Positions 35,387-45,260 of a stretch of DNA of 64,000 nucleotides are shown in pieces (positions within the stretch are counted from its first letter, which is position 1; the number at the start of each line of letters is the position of its first letter). The DNA comes from Candidatus Dojkabacteria bacterium. Lineage in GTDB: Bacteria; Patescibacteriota; Dojkabacteria; SC72. Position numbers and translations under genes: made by a program. The stretch covers positions 453,744 through 517,743 of the forward strand of contig JBMNHC010000001.1 of NCBI GenBank assembly GCA_050950165.1. The letters are read 5' to 3'. Under the pieces are notes generated by a model. That model searched no databases and was not told the DNA's origin. It saw only the letters and a list, made by a program, of their open reading frames with translations.

Positions 35387-36790
35387 ATGAAGATACATTT
35401 TAAAATCCCTTCCTATGTTCAAAAAGTAGGAAGGATATTAACAAAAGAGGGATATGATGTATATCTTGTTGGTGGAGCATTAAGAGATATTGTGATGGGT
35501 AAGACTCCTCATGACTATGATTTAGCAACTAATGCTCTTCCAGATGAGATGTTGGAGATATTTCCTAAGTCTGTTTCTACTGGAGCTAAGTTCGGTACAA
35601 TCTTAGTTCTTGTTAATGATGAGAGTGGAGAGAGTCAACAAGTAGAAGTCACTACATTTAGAAGTGAGTCTGACTATATAGATGGTAGGTGGCCAAGTAA
35701 GGTTGAGTTTGTAAATGATATTGATTTGGATTTAGGTAGGAGAGATTTCACTATCAATGCAATGGCTTTAGATTTAAGTACAAATTTAGAAGATGAGTCT
35801 GCAAGTGAGTGGAATATCCATGATCCTTTTGGTGGTATAACGGATATTAATTTAAAGTTAGTTAGAGCAGTAGGTACTCCGATAGAGAGGTTTAAAGAGG
35901 ATGGTTTAAGAACTTTTAAGGCTTGTAGATTGGCTTCTCAACTGGAATTTGAGATTGAAAAAGAAACATTTGATGCAATTAAAGAGGCTCTTCCTGTTGC
36001 TAAACAGGTCTCTATGGAGAGAATACGAGATGAATTTATGAAATTACTTCTTAATTCACCTAAGCCCTCTGTAGGGATAGAGTTGATGAGAGAGAGTGGG
36101 CTACTTAGTATCTTCTTACCAGAGTTAGTAGAAGGGTATGGAGTAGAGCAGAAGCTGTATCATGTACACGATGTATATTGGCATAGCTTAAATACTTGTG
36201 ATAAGGCAGAGGATAGTGTGAAGTTAGCTGCTCTTCTTCATGATATTGCAAAGCCTAGAACAGATATGGGTAATGGTCATTTCTATGGTCACGATACAGT
36301 GGGTGCAGAGATGGTAGAGGATATAATGAAGAGAATGAGGTTTCCTAAATCAGAGATAGAGAGAGTAAAGTCTTTAGTTAGAAACCATATGTTCTACTAT
36401 CCTCACCTAGATGAGAGAAGAGGTAAAGATATTCCTCTTACACAGTGGAGTGATTCAGCAGTTAGAAGATTTTTAAAGAGAGTGGGTCAGGAGAATGTAG
36501 AAGATCTCTTTAAATTAAGGATTGCAGATGCTTCATCTAATCCTAGTACTCTTTTTAAGCCCGAAGAGATTGAAGAGCTACAGAAGCATATTTCAAAGGT
36601 AAGACAAGAGGATATGGCATTAAAGATTACAGATTTAGATATTAATGGAGAGGATTTAAAGAGAATAGGTATTAAACCTGGTAAGAGAATGGGTGAGATA
36701 TTAAATATATTACTAGATATGGTAATAGAGGATCCATTGCTTAATACAAAAGAGAAGCTATTAGAACTAGCTAAGGGTATACCTAAGTAA
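35387..36790 (+). CDS. cca: CCA-adding tRNA nucleotidyltransferase (pol-beta head + HD domain)
   Basis: GGALRDIVMGKTPHDYDLAT nucleotidyltransferase head; RDFTINAMA; HD domain HSLNTCDK...LLHDIAKP. Start taken at MKIHFK to avoid overlap with the upstream gene. Confidence 0.8.
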   Translation: MKIHFKIPSYVQKVGRILTKEGYDVYLVGGALRDIVMGKTPHDYDLATNALPDEMLEIFPKSVSTGAKFGTILVLVNDESGESQQVEVTTFRSESDYIDGRWPSKVEFVNDIDLDLGRRDFTINAMALDLSTNLEDESASEWNIHDPFGGITDINLKLVRAVGTPIERFKEDGLRTFKACRLASQLEFEIEKETFDAIKEALPVAKQVSMERIRDEFMKLLLNSPKPSVGIELMRESGLLSIFLPELVEGYGVEQKLYHVHDVYWHSLNTCDKAEDSVKLAALLHDIAKPRTDMGNGHFYGHDTVGAEMVEDIMKRMRFPKSEIERVKSLVRNHMFYYPHLDERRGKDIPLTQWSDSAVRRFLKRVGQENVEDLFKLRIADASSNPSTLFKPEEIEELQKHISKVRQEDMALKITDLDINGEDLKRIGIKPGKRMGEILNILLDMVIEDPLLNTKEKLLELAKGIPK

Positions 36791-36794
36791 TCGA

Positions 36795-36845
36795 CAGAAC
36801 ACCCCATAGTTATGTATGTTTAAGGTTCCCCTTTATTCTTTTTAA
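36795..36845 (+). repeat. short intergenic repeat, copy 1 (CAGAACACCCCATAGT ... ATGTATGTTTAAGGTTCCCCTTTAtTCTTTTT)
   Basis: Shares two blocks (16 nt and ~33 nt) with 62725..62830. Sits 4 nt after the cca stop codon. Confidence 0.7.
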
Positions 36846-36924
36846 AGTATCTATTACCCTAGACCAGAGCATCTCCTTGTTGTATTATTTATATATACTA
36901 ATTTAAACTGCTTACTGCTCAACA

Positions 36925-38352
36925 ATGAAGATACAATTCCTAGGTGCTACAAGAACAGTAACGGGTTCTTGCTATTATATAGATACTGGAACCTTTAAAT
37001 TTTTGGTTGATTGTGGTGCTTTCCAAGGTAAAGATGAATTAGAGAAATTAAACTATGAACCATTTCCTTTTGATCCTGCCTCTATAGATGCAATATTTCT
37101 TACTCACGCTCACTATGACCACTGTGGAAGAATCCCCATATTAGTTAAGCAAGGTTTTAAAGGTAGAATATTCTCTACACAACCAACTAGAGATTTAGCT
37201 AGAATTGTTCTACTTGATGCTGCTAATTTGCAAAGGGAGTCATATGAGAAATGGACTGTTAGAAGTAGAGAGGAGAGTGAGCAGAAGGAGCTTTCTGAGG
37301 AAGGTTCTTTGTATGAACAGAGGAAACCTCTCTTTTCAGAAAGTGATGTAGAAAGTATGATGCAGTTGTTTGAGGTATATCCCTACGGTGCTTCTGTTAA
37401 CTTACACAATGGTGTTGAGTTTAGATTTAGAGATGCTGGGCATATTTTAGGCTCCGCTATTATGGAGTTTTGGGTAAAAACAGATGCAGGTAGAGAGAGA
37501 AAGATTGTATTTTCTGGAGACTTAGGTCAGCCTGGAGCAAGAATTGTAAGAGATCCAGACTTAATTAGAGAAGCAGACTATGTAATATGTGAGTCTACAT
37601 ATGGTAATAGGTTGCACAAAAACAAAGATGAGACTGTACTAGAACTTCTCTCTATACTAAAACAGGCACAAGAAGAGGGTGGTAATGTATTAATTCCATC
37701 TTTTGCAATTGAGAGAACACAAGAAGTTTTGTATGAGATTAATCTGTTTGTAGAAAACAAATTACTAGATCCAATGCCTGTATATTTAGATAGCCCTATG
37801 GCTTCTAGGGCTACTGCTATTTTCAGGCAGTATCCTACCTTCTATGATGAAGATGCTAGAAGATTACTTGATAAGGGAGATGATCCTTTTAATTTCCCTG
37901 GATTAGAAAAGATAGAGTCTGTTGAAGATTCTAAAAGATTAGTATCTAAAAATGGTGTTGTAATTATTGCTGGTAGTGGGATGTGTACTGGTGGGAGAAT
38001 AGTTCACCACATTAAGAATCATATATATAAGCCTAGTACTCATATGATTTTTGTTGGGTATCAGGTGGAGGGAACACTTGGTAGGAAGTTAGTGGATGGT
38101 GAAAAGGATATTAAAGTTATGGGTAAACCTGTTGAAGTTCATGCAAAGATACATACATTGGGAGGTTTCTCTGCTCATGCTGACCAGAGAGACCTAAGAT
38201 ATTGGTTAAGAAGCTTCGGTCATACCCCTAAGAAGATATTCATTACACACGGTGATGAAGAGATTGCCATCGGTTTTGCTACAAATATTAAGAGTGAATT
38301 AAATATTGAAACAGATGTTCCTAAATTAAATGAGGTATTTGAATTAAAGTAA
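36925..38352 (+). CDS. metallo-beta-lactamase / beta-CASP family ribonuclease (RNase J / CPSF-like)
   Basis: MKIQFLGATRTVTGSCYY N-terminus and HAHYDHCGRIP (HxHxDH). beta-CASP-type downstream His/Asp motifs. 475 aa. Confidence 0.7.
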   Translation: MKIQFLGATRTVTGSCYYIDTGTFKFLVDCGAFQGKDELEKLNYEPFPFDPASIDAIFLTHAHYDHCGRIPILVKQGFKGRIFSTQPTRDLARIVLLDAANLQRESYEKWTVRSREESEQKELSEEGSLYEQRKPLFSESDVESMMQLFEVYPYGASVNLHNGVEFRFRDAGHILGSAIMEFWVKTDAGRERKIVFSGDLGQPGARIVRDPDLIREADYVICESTYGNRLHKNKDETVLELLSILKQAQEEGGNVLIPSFAIERTQEVLYEINLFVENKLLDPMPVYLDSPMASRATAIFRQYPTFYDEDARRLLDKGDDPFNFPGLEKIESVEDSKRLVSKNGVVIIAGSGMCTGGRIVHHIKNHIYKPSTHMIFVGYQVEGTLGRKLVDGEKDIKVMGKPVEVHAKIHTLGGFSAHADQRDLRYWLRSFGHTPKKIFITHGDEEIAIGFATNIKSELNIETDVPKLNEVFELK

Positions 38353-39296
38353 TGGATATACAGAAGATTTTAGGTATTGAAAAAGATATTAAAGATTTGA
38401 ACATTCAAGGAGCAACCAATGTTGCCATTGCTACCTTGGAAGGTATGAAGATATATATCTATGAATCTGAACAGAGTGATCCAGATCTGTTTTACAAAGA
38501 GCTAATGGAGGTTGGACAGAGATTGGCTAATGCAAGAGAGAATGAGCCTTTAGCTAGAAATGGTGTAGGGTATATTAAATATATGTACAAACAGAAGAAT
38601 ATTGATTTACATGATATTAAAAGTATGAAACAAGCTCTTGATGGGTTCTGTGAGCAGTTTCTTACAATGATTGCGGACAGTAAAAGATCTATCATTGAAC
38701 AGTGTGTTCCTAGATTGAAGTTTTTTGAGAATGTTCTTACTCACTGTCACTCTTCTACAGCTCTTGCAGTGATAAAGGGTATAGGGGAGGGGAAGGATTC
38801 TTTTGATGTAGTATGTACTGAATCTAGACCTAGATACCAGGGTAGAAAGACTGCTAGAAGTCTTTTGAATGAAGGCATTTCTACTACTATGATTGTTGAT
38901 AGTGCAGTTGAATCTTTTATCATTGGAAGAGGATCTGTTCCTATCGATACTATCTTTATCGGTAGTGATCAGATAACAATGAGTGGATATTGTATAAATA
39001 AGATAGGGAGTTGGGGAATAGCTATGAGTGCATACCATGCTAGTAAGCCTGTATATGTTGTTTCACCACTTTTAAAGGTAGACCCTAGTATTGGAGTAAA
39101 TGATTTAGTAATTGAAGTGAGGGAAGATAGAGAGCTATGGCCTGATGCACCCAAAGACCTTATGATTTACAATCCTGCTTTTGAGGTTGTTGATAGGGAT
39201 TTAGTTACTGGTTTTTTGACCGAATTTGGTATAGTAAAGCCTAGGGAGATAGCTGATATTATTCGTGCTAAATATGCATGGCTTTTTGAAACTTAA
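38352..39296 (+). CDS. eIF-2B alpha/beta/delta-family isomerase, probable ribose-1,5-bisphosphate isomerase
   Basis: eIF2B-family fold length (314 aa), with a conserved ...CTESRP..QG...A..L...GI..T. core. It is immediately followed by an AMP-phosphorylase-type gene. MtnA-type methylthioribose-1-P isomerase cannot be excluded from sequence alone. Confidence 0.6.
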   Translation: MDIQKILGIEKDIKDLNIQGATNVAIATLEGMKIYIYESEQSDPDLFYKELMEVGQRLANARENEPLARNGVGYIKYMYKQKNIDLHDIKSMKQALDGFCEQFLTMIADSKRSIIEQCVPRLKFFENVLTHCHSSTALAVIKGIGEGKDSFDVVCTESRPRYQGRKTARSLLNEGISTTMIVDSAVESFIIGRGSVPIDTIFIGSDQITMSGYCINKIGSWGIAMSAYHASKPVYVVSPLLKVDPSIGVNDLVIEVREDRELWPDAPKDLMIYNPAFEVVDRDLVTGFLTEFGIVKPREIADIIRAKYAWLFET

Positions 39297-39314
39297 TTTA
39301 AAATTTTAACTAGA

Positions 39315-40823
39315 ATGTCACTTTATCTAAAGAGCAAAAAGATTGATCTAGGAGCAGGTAAGGACCTGTTCGTTGTAGTGCATCAAAGTGATGCAGATGA
39401 CCTTGGGATCACTGAGGGAGAGGTAGTATTGTTAGGCTACAGGGACGTAGAACTTTACGTAAAAGTTATAATTACAGATAGTGAGGTAGGTGTAGGAGAA
39501 GTAGGTCTCTATGAGGAAATAACGGAGGAATATCACATACCAGAGAGTGCTAAGGTGATGATAGATATCCCTAACGCTAGTAAATCTCTAGAAGCTATTA
39601 AGAAAAAGATATCGGGTCTTAGACTTAATGAAGAGGAAGTACTCTCAATTATGGAAGATATTGGTTCTAGGAAGCTAAAGGAAACAGAAGTTGCGTTTTT
39701 TGTCTCTACTTTCTTTAACCCTGGTTTTAACAATGATGAGATTAAATGGATGGCTAAGGGTATGGCCGAATCAGGAGAGATATTGGACTTCAAATATATT
39801 AAGAATAACAAGGAGTTGGTAGTAGACAAACACTCCATAGGAGGAACTGCGGGTAAGGGTATTACCCCAACTCTAGTACCTATGCTTGCTGCTACTGGCT
39901 TGGTAGTTCCTAACAGTTCCACGCGAGCCATTACATCTCCTGCAGGCACGACAGATATTTTAGAGTGTGTAATGCCTGTTGCTCTTGACAAGAAAAAGGT
40001 ATACGAGGTTGTTGGTAAGGTAGGTGCATGTATGGTATGGGGAGGGTCACTGTATTTAGCTCCAGCTGATGATGAAATCATTAATGTAGAAAGGTCTCTT
40101 AAGATTCAAGAGTTTCAGAAGGTTCTAGTTAGTATTGTTGCTAAGAAAATCGCTATGGGTGTCACATCAGTTCTGATTGATCTGCCATATGGCAAAGGAA
40201 CCAAGTTAGAGAGACCTGACGACTTAGAATTTCTCGAAAGAGAGTTTGAGAAACTATTCAAAGAATTTAATATTAAATGTGTAACATTCAGAAGAGTAGT
40301 TAAAGGTCCTGATGGTAATGGAATCGGTCCAACTTTGGAGATGAGAGACTGTTTGAGGATATTAGAAAGAGATGAGAAACGCCCATTAGAGATGGAAGAG
40401 GTCGTGATAGGGATGGCAGGGGAGATATTTGAGCACAACGGTAAGGCTAAGAAAGGGGAGGGTAAGAAACTTGCACAAGAATTGTTAGATTCAGGTAAAG
40501 CATTAAAGAAGTTCTGGGAGATTGCAAAAGCTCAAGGTGCTAAAAAGGTGGTTAAGGCCAACGAATTAGAAGGTGGTAAACTAACACACGAGGTATTAGC
40601 TCCAAAGGACTTTGATATTAAATATATATGTACTAGAGAGATTGTAGAGATAGCAAGAGCTCTGGGTACACCTAAAATTAAAGATGCAGGTATATATCTA
40701 GAGAAGATGCCAGGAGAGAGCATTAAGAAAGGAGAGGTGTTAATGACCCTATTTGCAACTACACAGGACAGGTTAGATGATGGAATTAAGGCTGTTGATT
40801 TGAGTAAACTTTACGAGATTTAG
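39315..40823 (+). CDS. AMP phosphorylase / thymidine-phosphorylase-family protein (archaeal-type, ~500 aa)
   Basis: KHSIGGTAGKGITPTLVPMLAATGLVVPNSSTRAITSPAGTTDILE matches the pyrimidine-nucleoside phosphorylase core (KHSTGGVGD...). The N-terminal ~80-aa extension and ~500-aa length are typical of AMP phosphorylases. Confidence 0.7.
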   Translation: MSLYLKSKKIDLGAGKDLFVVVHQSDADDLGITEGEVVLLGYRDVELYVKVIITDSEVGVGEVGLYEEITEEYHIPESAKVMIDIPNASKSLEAIKKKISGLRLNEEEVLSIMEDIGSRKLKETEVAFFVSTFFNPGFNNDEIKWMAKGMAESGEILDFKYIKNNKELVVDKHSIGGTAGKGITPTLVPMLAATGLVVPNSSTRAITSPAGTTDILECVMPVALDKKKVYEVVGKVGACMVWGGSLYLAPADDEIINVERSLKIQEFQKVLVSIVAKKIAMGVTSVLIDLPYGKGTKLERPDDLEFLEREFEKLFKEFNIKCVTFRRVVKGPDGNGIGPTLEMRDCLRILERDEKRPLEMEEVVIGMAGEIFEHNGKAKKGEGKKLAQELLDSGKALKKFWEIAKAQGAKKVVKANELEGGKLTHEVLAPKDFDIKYICTREIVEIARALGTPKIKDAGIYLEKMPGESIKKGEVLMTLFATTQDRLDDGIKAVDLSKLYEI

Positions 40824-42639
40824 TTCTCTTAGCTAGTTTAGTAATTACATTCAAAAGTAATATTAATAGTCCTAATACTAGTAGTATGGGAAGGAGTATT
40901 ATTATTGATTTCCCTATCACTGTAGTTTTGATAAAAGTATTTATTCCATCTATTGCACTACTACTATCTCCTTCCTCTACCGATGTAATGTCTGAGTACT
41001 CTAAAAGAGTCTCTTGGTTAGGTACAGACTCTACTGCATATATTGAGACAGAGTAGTTAGAAAAATCCTCATTATTTGCATTATCAGCAGAATATATCTT
41101 TATATTAGTAATCTTTTCATCAAAGAAAGTCTCCCAAAGTACTTTCTCAATATTCTGTCCAATTAACATATTCTCTCCCTCTACAGTAGGATCTACACTC
41201 AACCAACCGTACTCTGGAATCCATATATGTACCCATTGATGTCTACTGTTTCCTTCAGTATCACTCTTCTCTTTTGTTACTAAATTAGAATATCCTAGTG
41301 CTGCTCTCGCAGGAACACCCTGTGCTCTTAGTATTGCAATCATAGAGTCTGCATACTCCATACATACAGATGCTTCTCCTTGTAATGCAGCCCTAGCTCC
41401 CATTCTCTCATTCTTGCTATTTGCCTTCTGCTCATCATACTCTAATTTACTATTAATATATCTATAATCATTTTTGATTAACTCCATAATGGTACTACTT
41501 TGATCAAGAAGCTTTTTAGCTTCACTTGCAATGTAGATATCTGTACTCTCCCAGTATTTAGTAGGAGTTGTATATTTTTTTAATTCATTTTTCTCCTTAA
41601 TCTTACTGAAATATTCACCCAAGCTATACTCAGGTATCGCTCTTCTGTTCTCATAGCTGTCTTGCTTTAGCCATATATATCCTGTTACTAATATCTCACT
41701 ACTTTTGTTTGCTGCAACCTCAAACCTTGCCACCATATTCCCCTCACTATCCTTAGTTAACTTAACTGGAGTAGGATATATTCTCTCTATCTTTACTCTC
41801 TGATTAACCTCTCCAAAATCTCTAGGTAAAGAAAACTCATATATATTTGTTGAGAGAGCACCAATTAGGGAAGAATATTTGTCTGGAACAATACTGTCTG
41901 TTTTAGGTGTTTTGTACTTTAGCTCAAACCTATATATCTGCTCTGTACCAAACTCTAGTGTAGGAGAGTGCTCAATCCTATCCTTTGCAGAAAATGAATA
42001 TATATTGTTAGTAAGTGTTTGTTCTAGTTTGAACTCTTTAGGAAATACTCTTACTAAAGGTTGTATATCTTTCTCTGTGATAATCTTTAAGTCATATGAG
42101 AGAGATGTTTTTGTTCCACTCTTTTCATCTTTCTGAACAAACGGAGTGTCTTTGTAGAGTGCAGGAGCAAAAAGTATTGTATGATTGTAATTCCTTTTTA
42201 CCAAATCATGAGTCTTGTACTCTACAAATATTTTGTATGGAGAACTTAGTGTAGTTTCTTTGTAGTTAGGAACTTTTAAATACATACCCTCTCCATCTTT
42301 TAGTTGCTCTAAGGTGTAGGTAAGGTTTCTCTTTGATGTAGGATCTATTACCTTCAACGAATCTTTCTTGTACTGTCTCTCTAGCTGTATCTCATGTGCT
42401 TTACTAGTAGGTAGATCAGGGATATGGAATATCTTCTCTCCCTCCATTGAGTAAAAATATTTACTGTTTCTTACCTCTCTAATATATGTAGTTTGTACTA
42501 GTACAAAATCTTGCCCCGTTTGATACCTAATGGTCGTATTGTTTTGTATATTAAAATCATATGTTTGAGCATATATAGAGGTAGGGATAGTAAAGAGCAG
42601 AACTATTAGGAATAAATATTTTAAAAATTTTTCTTGCAT
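40786..42639 (-). CDS. transglutaminase-like cysteine-protease superfamily protein, secreted with C-terminal TM anchor
   Basis: Signal peptide ...IPTSIYAQT. Cys-His-Asp core: CMEYADSMIAILRAQGVPARAALGY ... HQWVHIWIPEYGWLSVDPT. C-terminal IIILLPILLVLGLLILLLNVITKLAKRTKSRK. Confidence 0.65.
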   Translation of the reverse strand: MQEKFLKYLFLIVLLFTIPTSIYAQTYDFNIQNNTTIRYQTGQDFVLVQTTYIREVRNSKYFYSMEGEKIFHIPDLPTSKAHEIQLERQYKKDSLKVIDPTSKRNLTYTLEQLKDGEGMYLKVPNYKETTLSSPYKIFVEYKTHDLVKRNYNHTILFAPALYKDTPFVQKDEKSGTKTSLSYDLKIITEKDIQPLVRVFPKEFKLEQTLTNNIYSFSAKDRIEHSPTLEFGTEQIYRFELKYKTPKTDSIVPDKYSSLIGALSTNIYEFSLPRDFGEVNQRVKIERIYPTPVKLTKDSEGNMVARFEVAANKSSEILVTGYIWLKQDSYENRRAIPEYSLGEYFSKIKEKNELKKYTTPTKYWESTDIYIASEAKKLLDQSSTIMELIKNDYRYINSKLEYDEQKANSKNERMGARAALQGEASVCMEYADSMIAILRAQGVPARAALGYSNLVTKEKSDTEGNSRHQWVHIWIPEYGWLSVDPTVEGENMLIGQNIEKVLWETFFDEKITNIKIYSADNANNEDFSNYSVSIYAVESVPNQETLLEYSDITSVEEGDSSSAIDGINTFIKTTVIGKSIIILLPILLVLGLLILLLNVITKLAKRTKSRKVYSNQQP

Positions 42640-42715
42640 GTAGATATATTACTTTAGATTTCTTTAAAAGAGTAGTGGGTGATATAATGCGAAGATTAAT
42701 ATATTTAATATATAT

Positions 42716-43840
42716 ATGAGTAAAGTTGTTAGATCACATACACTTTCACTAGGGATAGTGGGATTGCCTAATGCAGGAAAATCTTCTCTTTTTAATGCAC
42801 TAACGAAAAAGGCTGTACCTGCAGAAAACTTTCCATTCTGCACTATAGATAAAAATATTGGGGTAGTAGAGATACCAGATGAGAGATTAGGTAAGCTTGC
42901 TAAGTTTTACGATGCTTTAAAAGTAGTTCCTTCTACAATGACTTTTGTAGATATTGCAGGATTAGTAAAAGGAGCTTCTAAGGGGGAAGGATTGGGTAAT
43001 CAGTTCCTCTCTCATATTAGGGAGGTAGATGTCATAGTGTATCTTCTTAGAGCATTTCGAAGTGATGAGATTGTACATGTATATAGTAGTGTGGATCCAG
43101 TTAGGGATTTTGAGATAGTGCAATCAGAGTTAATCCTTAAGGATTTAGAAGTAGTAGAGAAGAGATTAGCTCTAGCCAGAAAAGAGAGTAGGTCTAGTAG
43201 TGAGCAGTTAACTAAACAAGAAGTAGAGGTGTTAGAGAAGGTAGTTAAATCTCTAAATGAGGGTGTCCCAGTTATAGAGATGAAATTAGAGGAAGAAGAG
43301 ATAGAGAGGATAGATTCTCTTTTCTTACTTACAGCTAAAGAGAGGGTATTTGTTCTCAACTGTAAGGAGGGATTGGATAGTGAGAGAATTTTAGAGTGGG
43401 AGAGAGAATTAGCAAAGATATCAGGAGATAGTGAAATGAGATATATATTAAGAGTAGATGTTAATCTACTCTCAGATTTGGCAGATATGAAAGAGGATGA
43501 GTTTAAGGAGTATGTAGATCTTCTTGGTAGTAGACCTGCTACTGTAGAGGATGTAATTATGTGTGCATACAGGAGGCTTAATCTAATTACCTTCTATACT
43601 GGTTCAAAAAAAGAGTGCAACTCATGGAGTATAGAGGGAGGTGCTTCTGTAAAAAATGCAGCAGGAGTAATACATACTGACTTAGCAAAGAACTTCATAA
43701 CTGCAGATGTAGTTAATGTAGATGAGATGATAGAGGTAGGGGGATTTAATAAGGCAAAAGAGTCTGGGTTAGTCAAAAATCACGGTAAAGAATATATCGT
43801 TAGAGATGGTGATTATATAGTAGTACTAGCAAATAGTTAA
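42716..43840 (+). CDS. ychF: ribosome-binding ATPase YchF (Obg family, TGS C-terminal domain)
   Basis: LSLGIVGLPNAGKSSLFNALT (G1), DIAGLVKGAS (G3), C-terminal TGS domain. Confidence 0.9.
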   Translation: MSKVVRSHTLSLGIVGLPNAGKSSLFNALTKKAVPAENFPFCTIDKNIGVVEIPDERLGKLAKFYDALKVVPSTMTFVDIAGLVKGASKGEGLGNQFLSHIREVDVIVYLLRAFRSDEIVHVYSSVDPVRDFEIVQSELILKDLEVVEKRLALARKESRSSSEQLTKQEVEVLEKVVKSLNEGVPVIEMKLEEEEIERIDSLFLLTAKERVFVLNCKEGLDSERILEWERELAKISGDSEMRYILRVDVNLLSDLADMKEDEFKEYVDLLGSRPATVEDVIMCAYRRLNLITFYTGSKKECNSWSIEGGASVKNAAGVIHTDLAKNFITADVVNVDEMIEVGGFNKAKESGLVKNHGKEYIVRDGDYIVVLANS

Positions 43841-43910
43841 TAGAATTGTCTTTCTCTCTTTTTTCTGCTAAAATTCCACTCGCATTGATATTAATTTAAT
43901 AGTTTGTTTT

Positions 43911-44270
43911 TTGATGTCTACAGATAGAGTAAAAAAGGTAAAGAATTATGAAATGATGATAGTACTTAAACCATTATTACCAGATGATTTGAGGAAAAGT
44001 ATTCATAAGGAGTTTGTTTCAATGATTGAGAAAGAAGGTGGAGAGGTATTAGATGTAGATGTATGGGGTAAGAGATACCTAGCATACAAGATAGACGGTC
44101 ATAGTGAGGGGTACTACATAGTTTACAATTTCAAATCTAGTCCTAGTTTAATCAATGAGATGAAGAGAGTATTGCATTTAAGGCAAGAGATATTACGCTT
44201 TATGATTGTAGAAGAGGATCATCCTGAGCAGATAGGGACTAGAATCAAGAAAAAAGAGATTGAGGTTTAG
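43911..44270 (+). CDS. rpsF: ribosomal protein S6
   Basis: NYEMMIVLKP...WGKRYLAYKIDGHSEGYY pattern; precedes ssb-rpsR as in the canonical operon. Confidence 0.8.
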   Translation: MMSTDRVKKVKNYEMMIVLKPLLPDDLRKSIHKEFVSMIEKEGGEVLDVDVWGKRYLAYKIDGHSEGYYIVYNFKSSPSLINEMKRVLHLRQEILRFMIVEEDHPEQIGTRIKKKEIEV

Positions 44271-44333
44271 TTCAGTATTTTTTAAAAATTAGTTGGTAAT
44301 ATTTAAATAAGTTAAATTTATAATATATATACA

Positions 44334-44801
44334 ATGTCAGCAAGGTCTTTAAATAAAGTTCAGTTGATAGGGAACTTAACAAGGGAACCAGAGTTAAGGT
44401 ATACAACCTCTGGAACACCTGTAGCAACCTTCGGTTTAGCTACAAACAAATCTTGGAAGGATCAAGATGGTAATATGAAAGAGGTTGCAGAATTTCACAA
44501 TATTGTAGCTTGGAATAAGATGGCAGAGATTTGCCAACAGCTTTTAGCAAAGGGAATGAAGGTATACATTGAAGGATCTCTAACAACTAGGTCATGGGAA
44601 GCAGAAGATGGTTCAACTAGATACAAGACAGAGATTAGAGTAAATGATATGATTCTTCTTGATAGCAAAGGAAAGACTGCAGCAGGAGCATCTGAGCAGT
44701 CAGAACCTGCAGTAGAGGAAGAGGTTGCTCAAGAGGAGGAAGTAGATGAGGAGCCTGTTGCTAATGAAGATCCTCTTGAGGATACTGATTTACCATTTTA
44801 A
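44334..44801 (+). CDS. ssb: single-stranded DNA-binding protein
   Basis: OB-fold N-terminus (LNKVQLIGNLTREPELRYT.SG..VA.F.LATN), acidic tail ending in DLPF. Confidence 0.85.
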   Translation: MSARSLNKVQLIGNLTREPELRYTTSGTPVATFGLATNKSWKDQDGNMKEVAEFHNIVAWNKMAEICQQLLAKGMKVYIEGSLTTRSWEAEDGSTRYKTEIRVNDMILLDSKGKTAAGASEQSEPAVEEEVAQEEEVDEEPVANEDPLEDTDLPF

Positions 44802-44820
44802 TTTATAGCTTACAGAGTAG

Positions 44821-45165
44821 ATGAGTGATATTGATGAGAAAAAAGTAGAAGCCCCAACACTAGAAGATGTCTTTGATGATCGTAGTGTTGTAGAAGAGGA
44901 GGGAGATGAGTCTTACGGAGGTAAGAAAAAAGCAAGGAGAAGGAGAAAGATAGTGCAGAATCTAACCTGTTCTCTCTGTGACTCTGGAGTTAAGAATATC
45001 TCTTACAAAGATGTATATCAGCTTAAAAAGTTTACATCTGTTAGAGGTAAAATCATCGCAACAGAAAAATCAGGTGCTTGTCACAAGCATCAGAAGCAAT
45101 TAACAAGAGCTATCAAGAGAGCAAGATATATGGCTCTTCTACCATATGTAGCTAAAGAGAGCTAG
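44821..45165 (+). CDS. rpsR: ribosomal protein S18 with N-terminal acidic/basic extension
   Basis: ...YKDVYQLKKFTSVRGKIIATEKSGACHKHQKQLTRAIKRARYMALLPY matches the S18 core. Confidence 0.8.
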   Translation: MSDIDEKKVEAPTLEDVFDDRSVVEEEGDESYGGKKKARRRRKIVQNLTCSLCDSGVKNISYKDVYQLKKFTSVRGKIIATEKSGACHKHQKQLTRAIKRARYMALLPYVAKES

Positions 45166-45186
45166 AATATTGTATTGAGTTTGTAA

Positions 45187-45214
45187 AGAGGCTAGAGATA
45201 GCCTCTTTTTTTTC
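45187..45214 (+). terminator. rho-independent terminator after rpsR
   Basis: AGAGGCTA-GAGA-TAGCCTCT hairpin (8-bp stem) followed by TTTTTTTT. Confidence 0.7.
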
Positions 45215-45260
45215 TCCCTTTGTTTTCAAAATATCCTTTTACTGGTAAACTGAATACATA

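Noticed and set aside
38352-40823. RuBisCO large subunit adjacent to the AMP-pathway genes
   Set aside because: No ORF in the window carries RuBisCO signatures (e.g. GGLDFTKDDE). The flanking genes are a beta-CASP nuclease and a transglutaminase-like protein.
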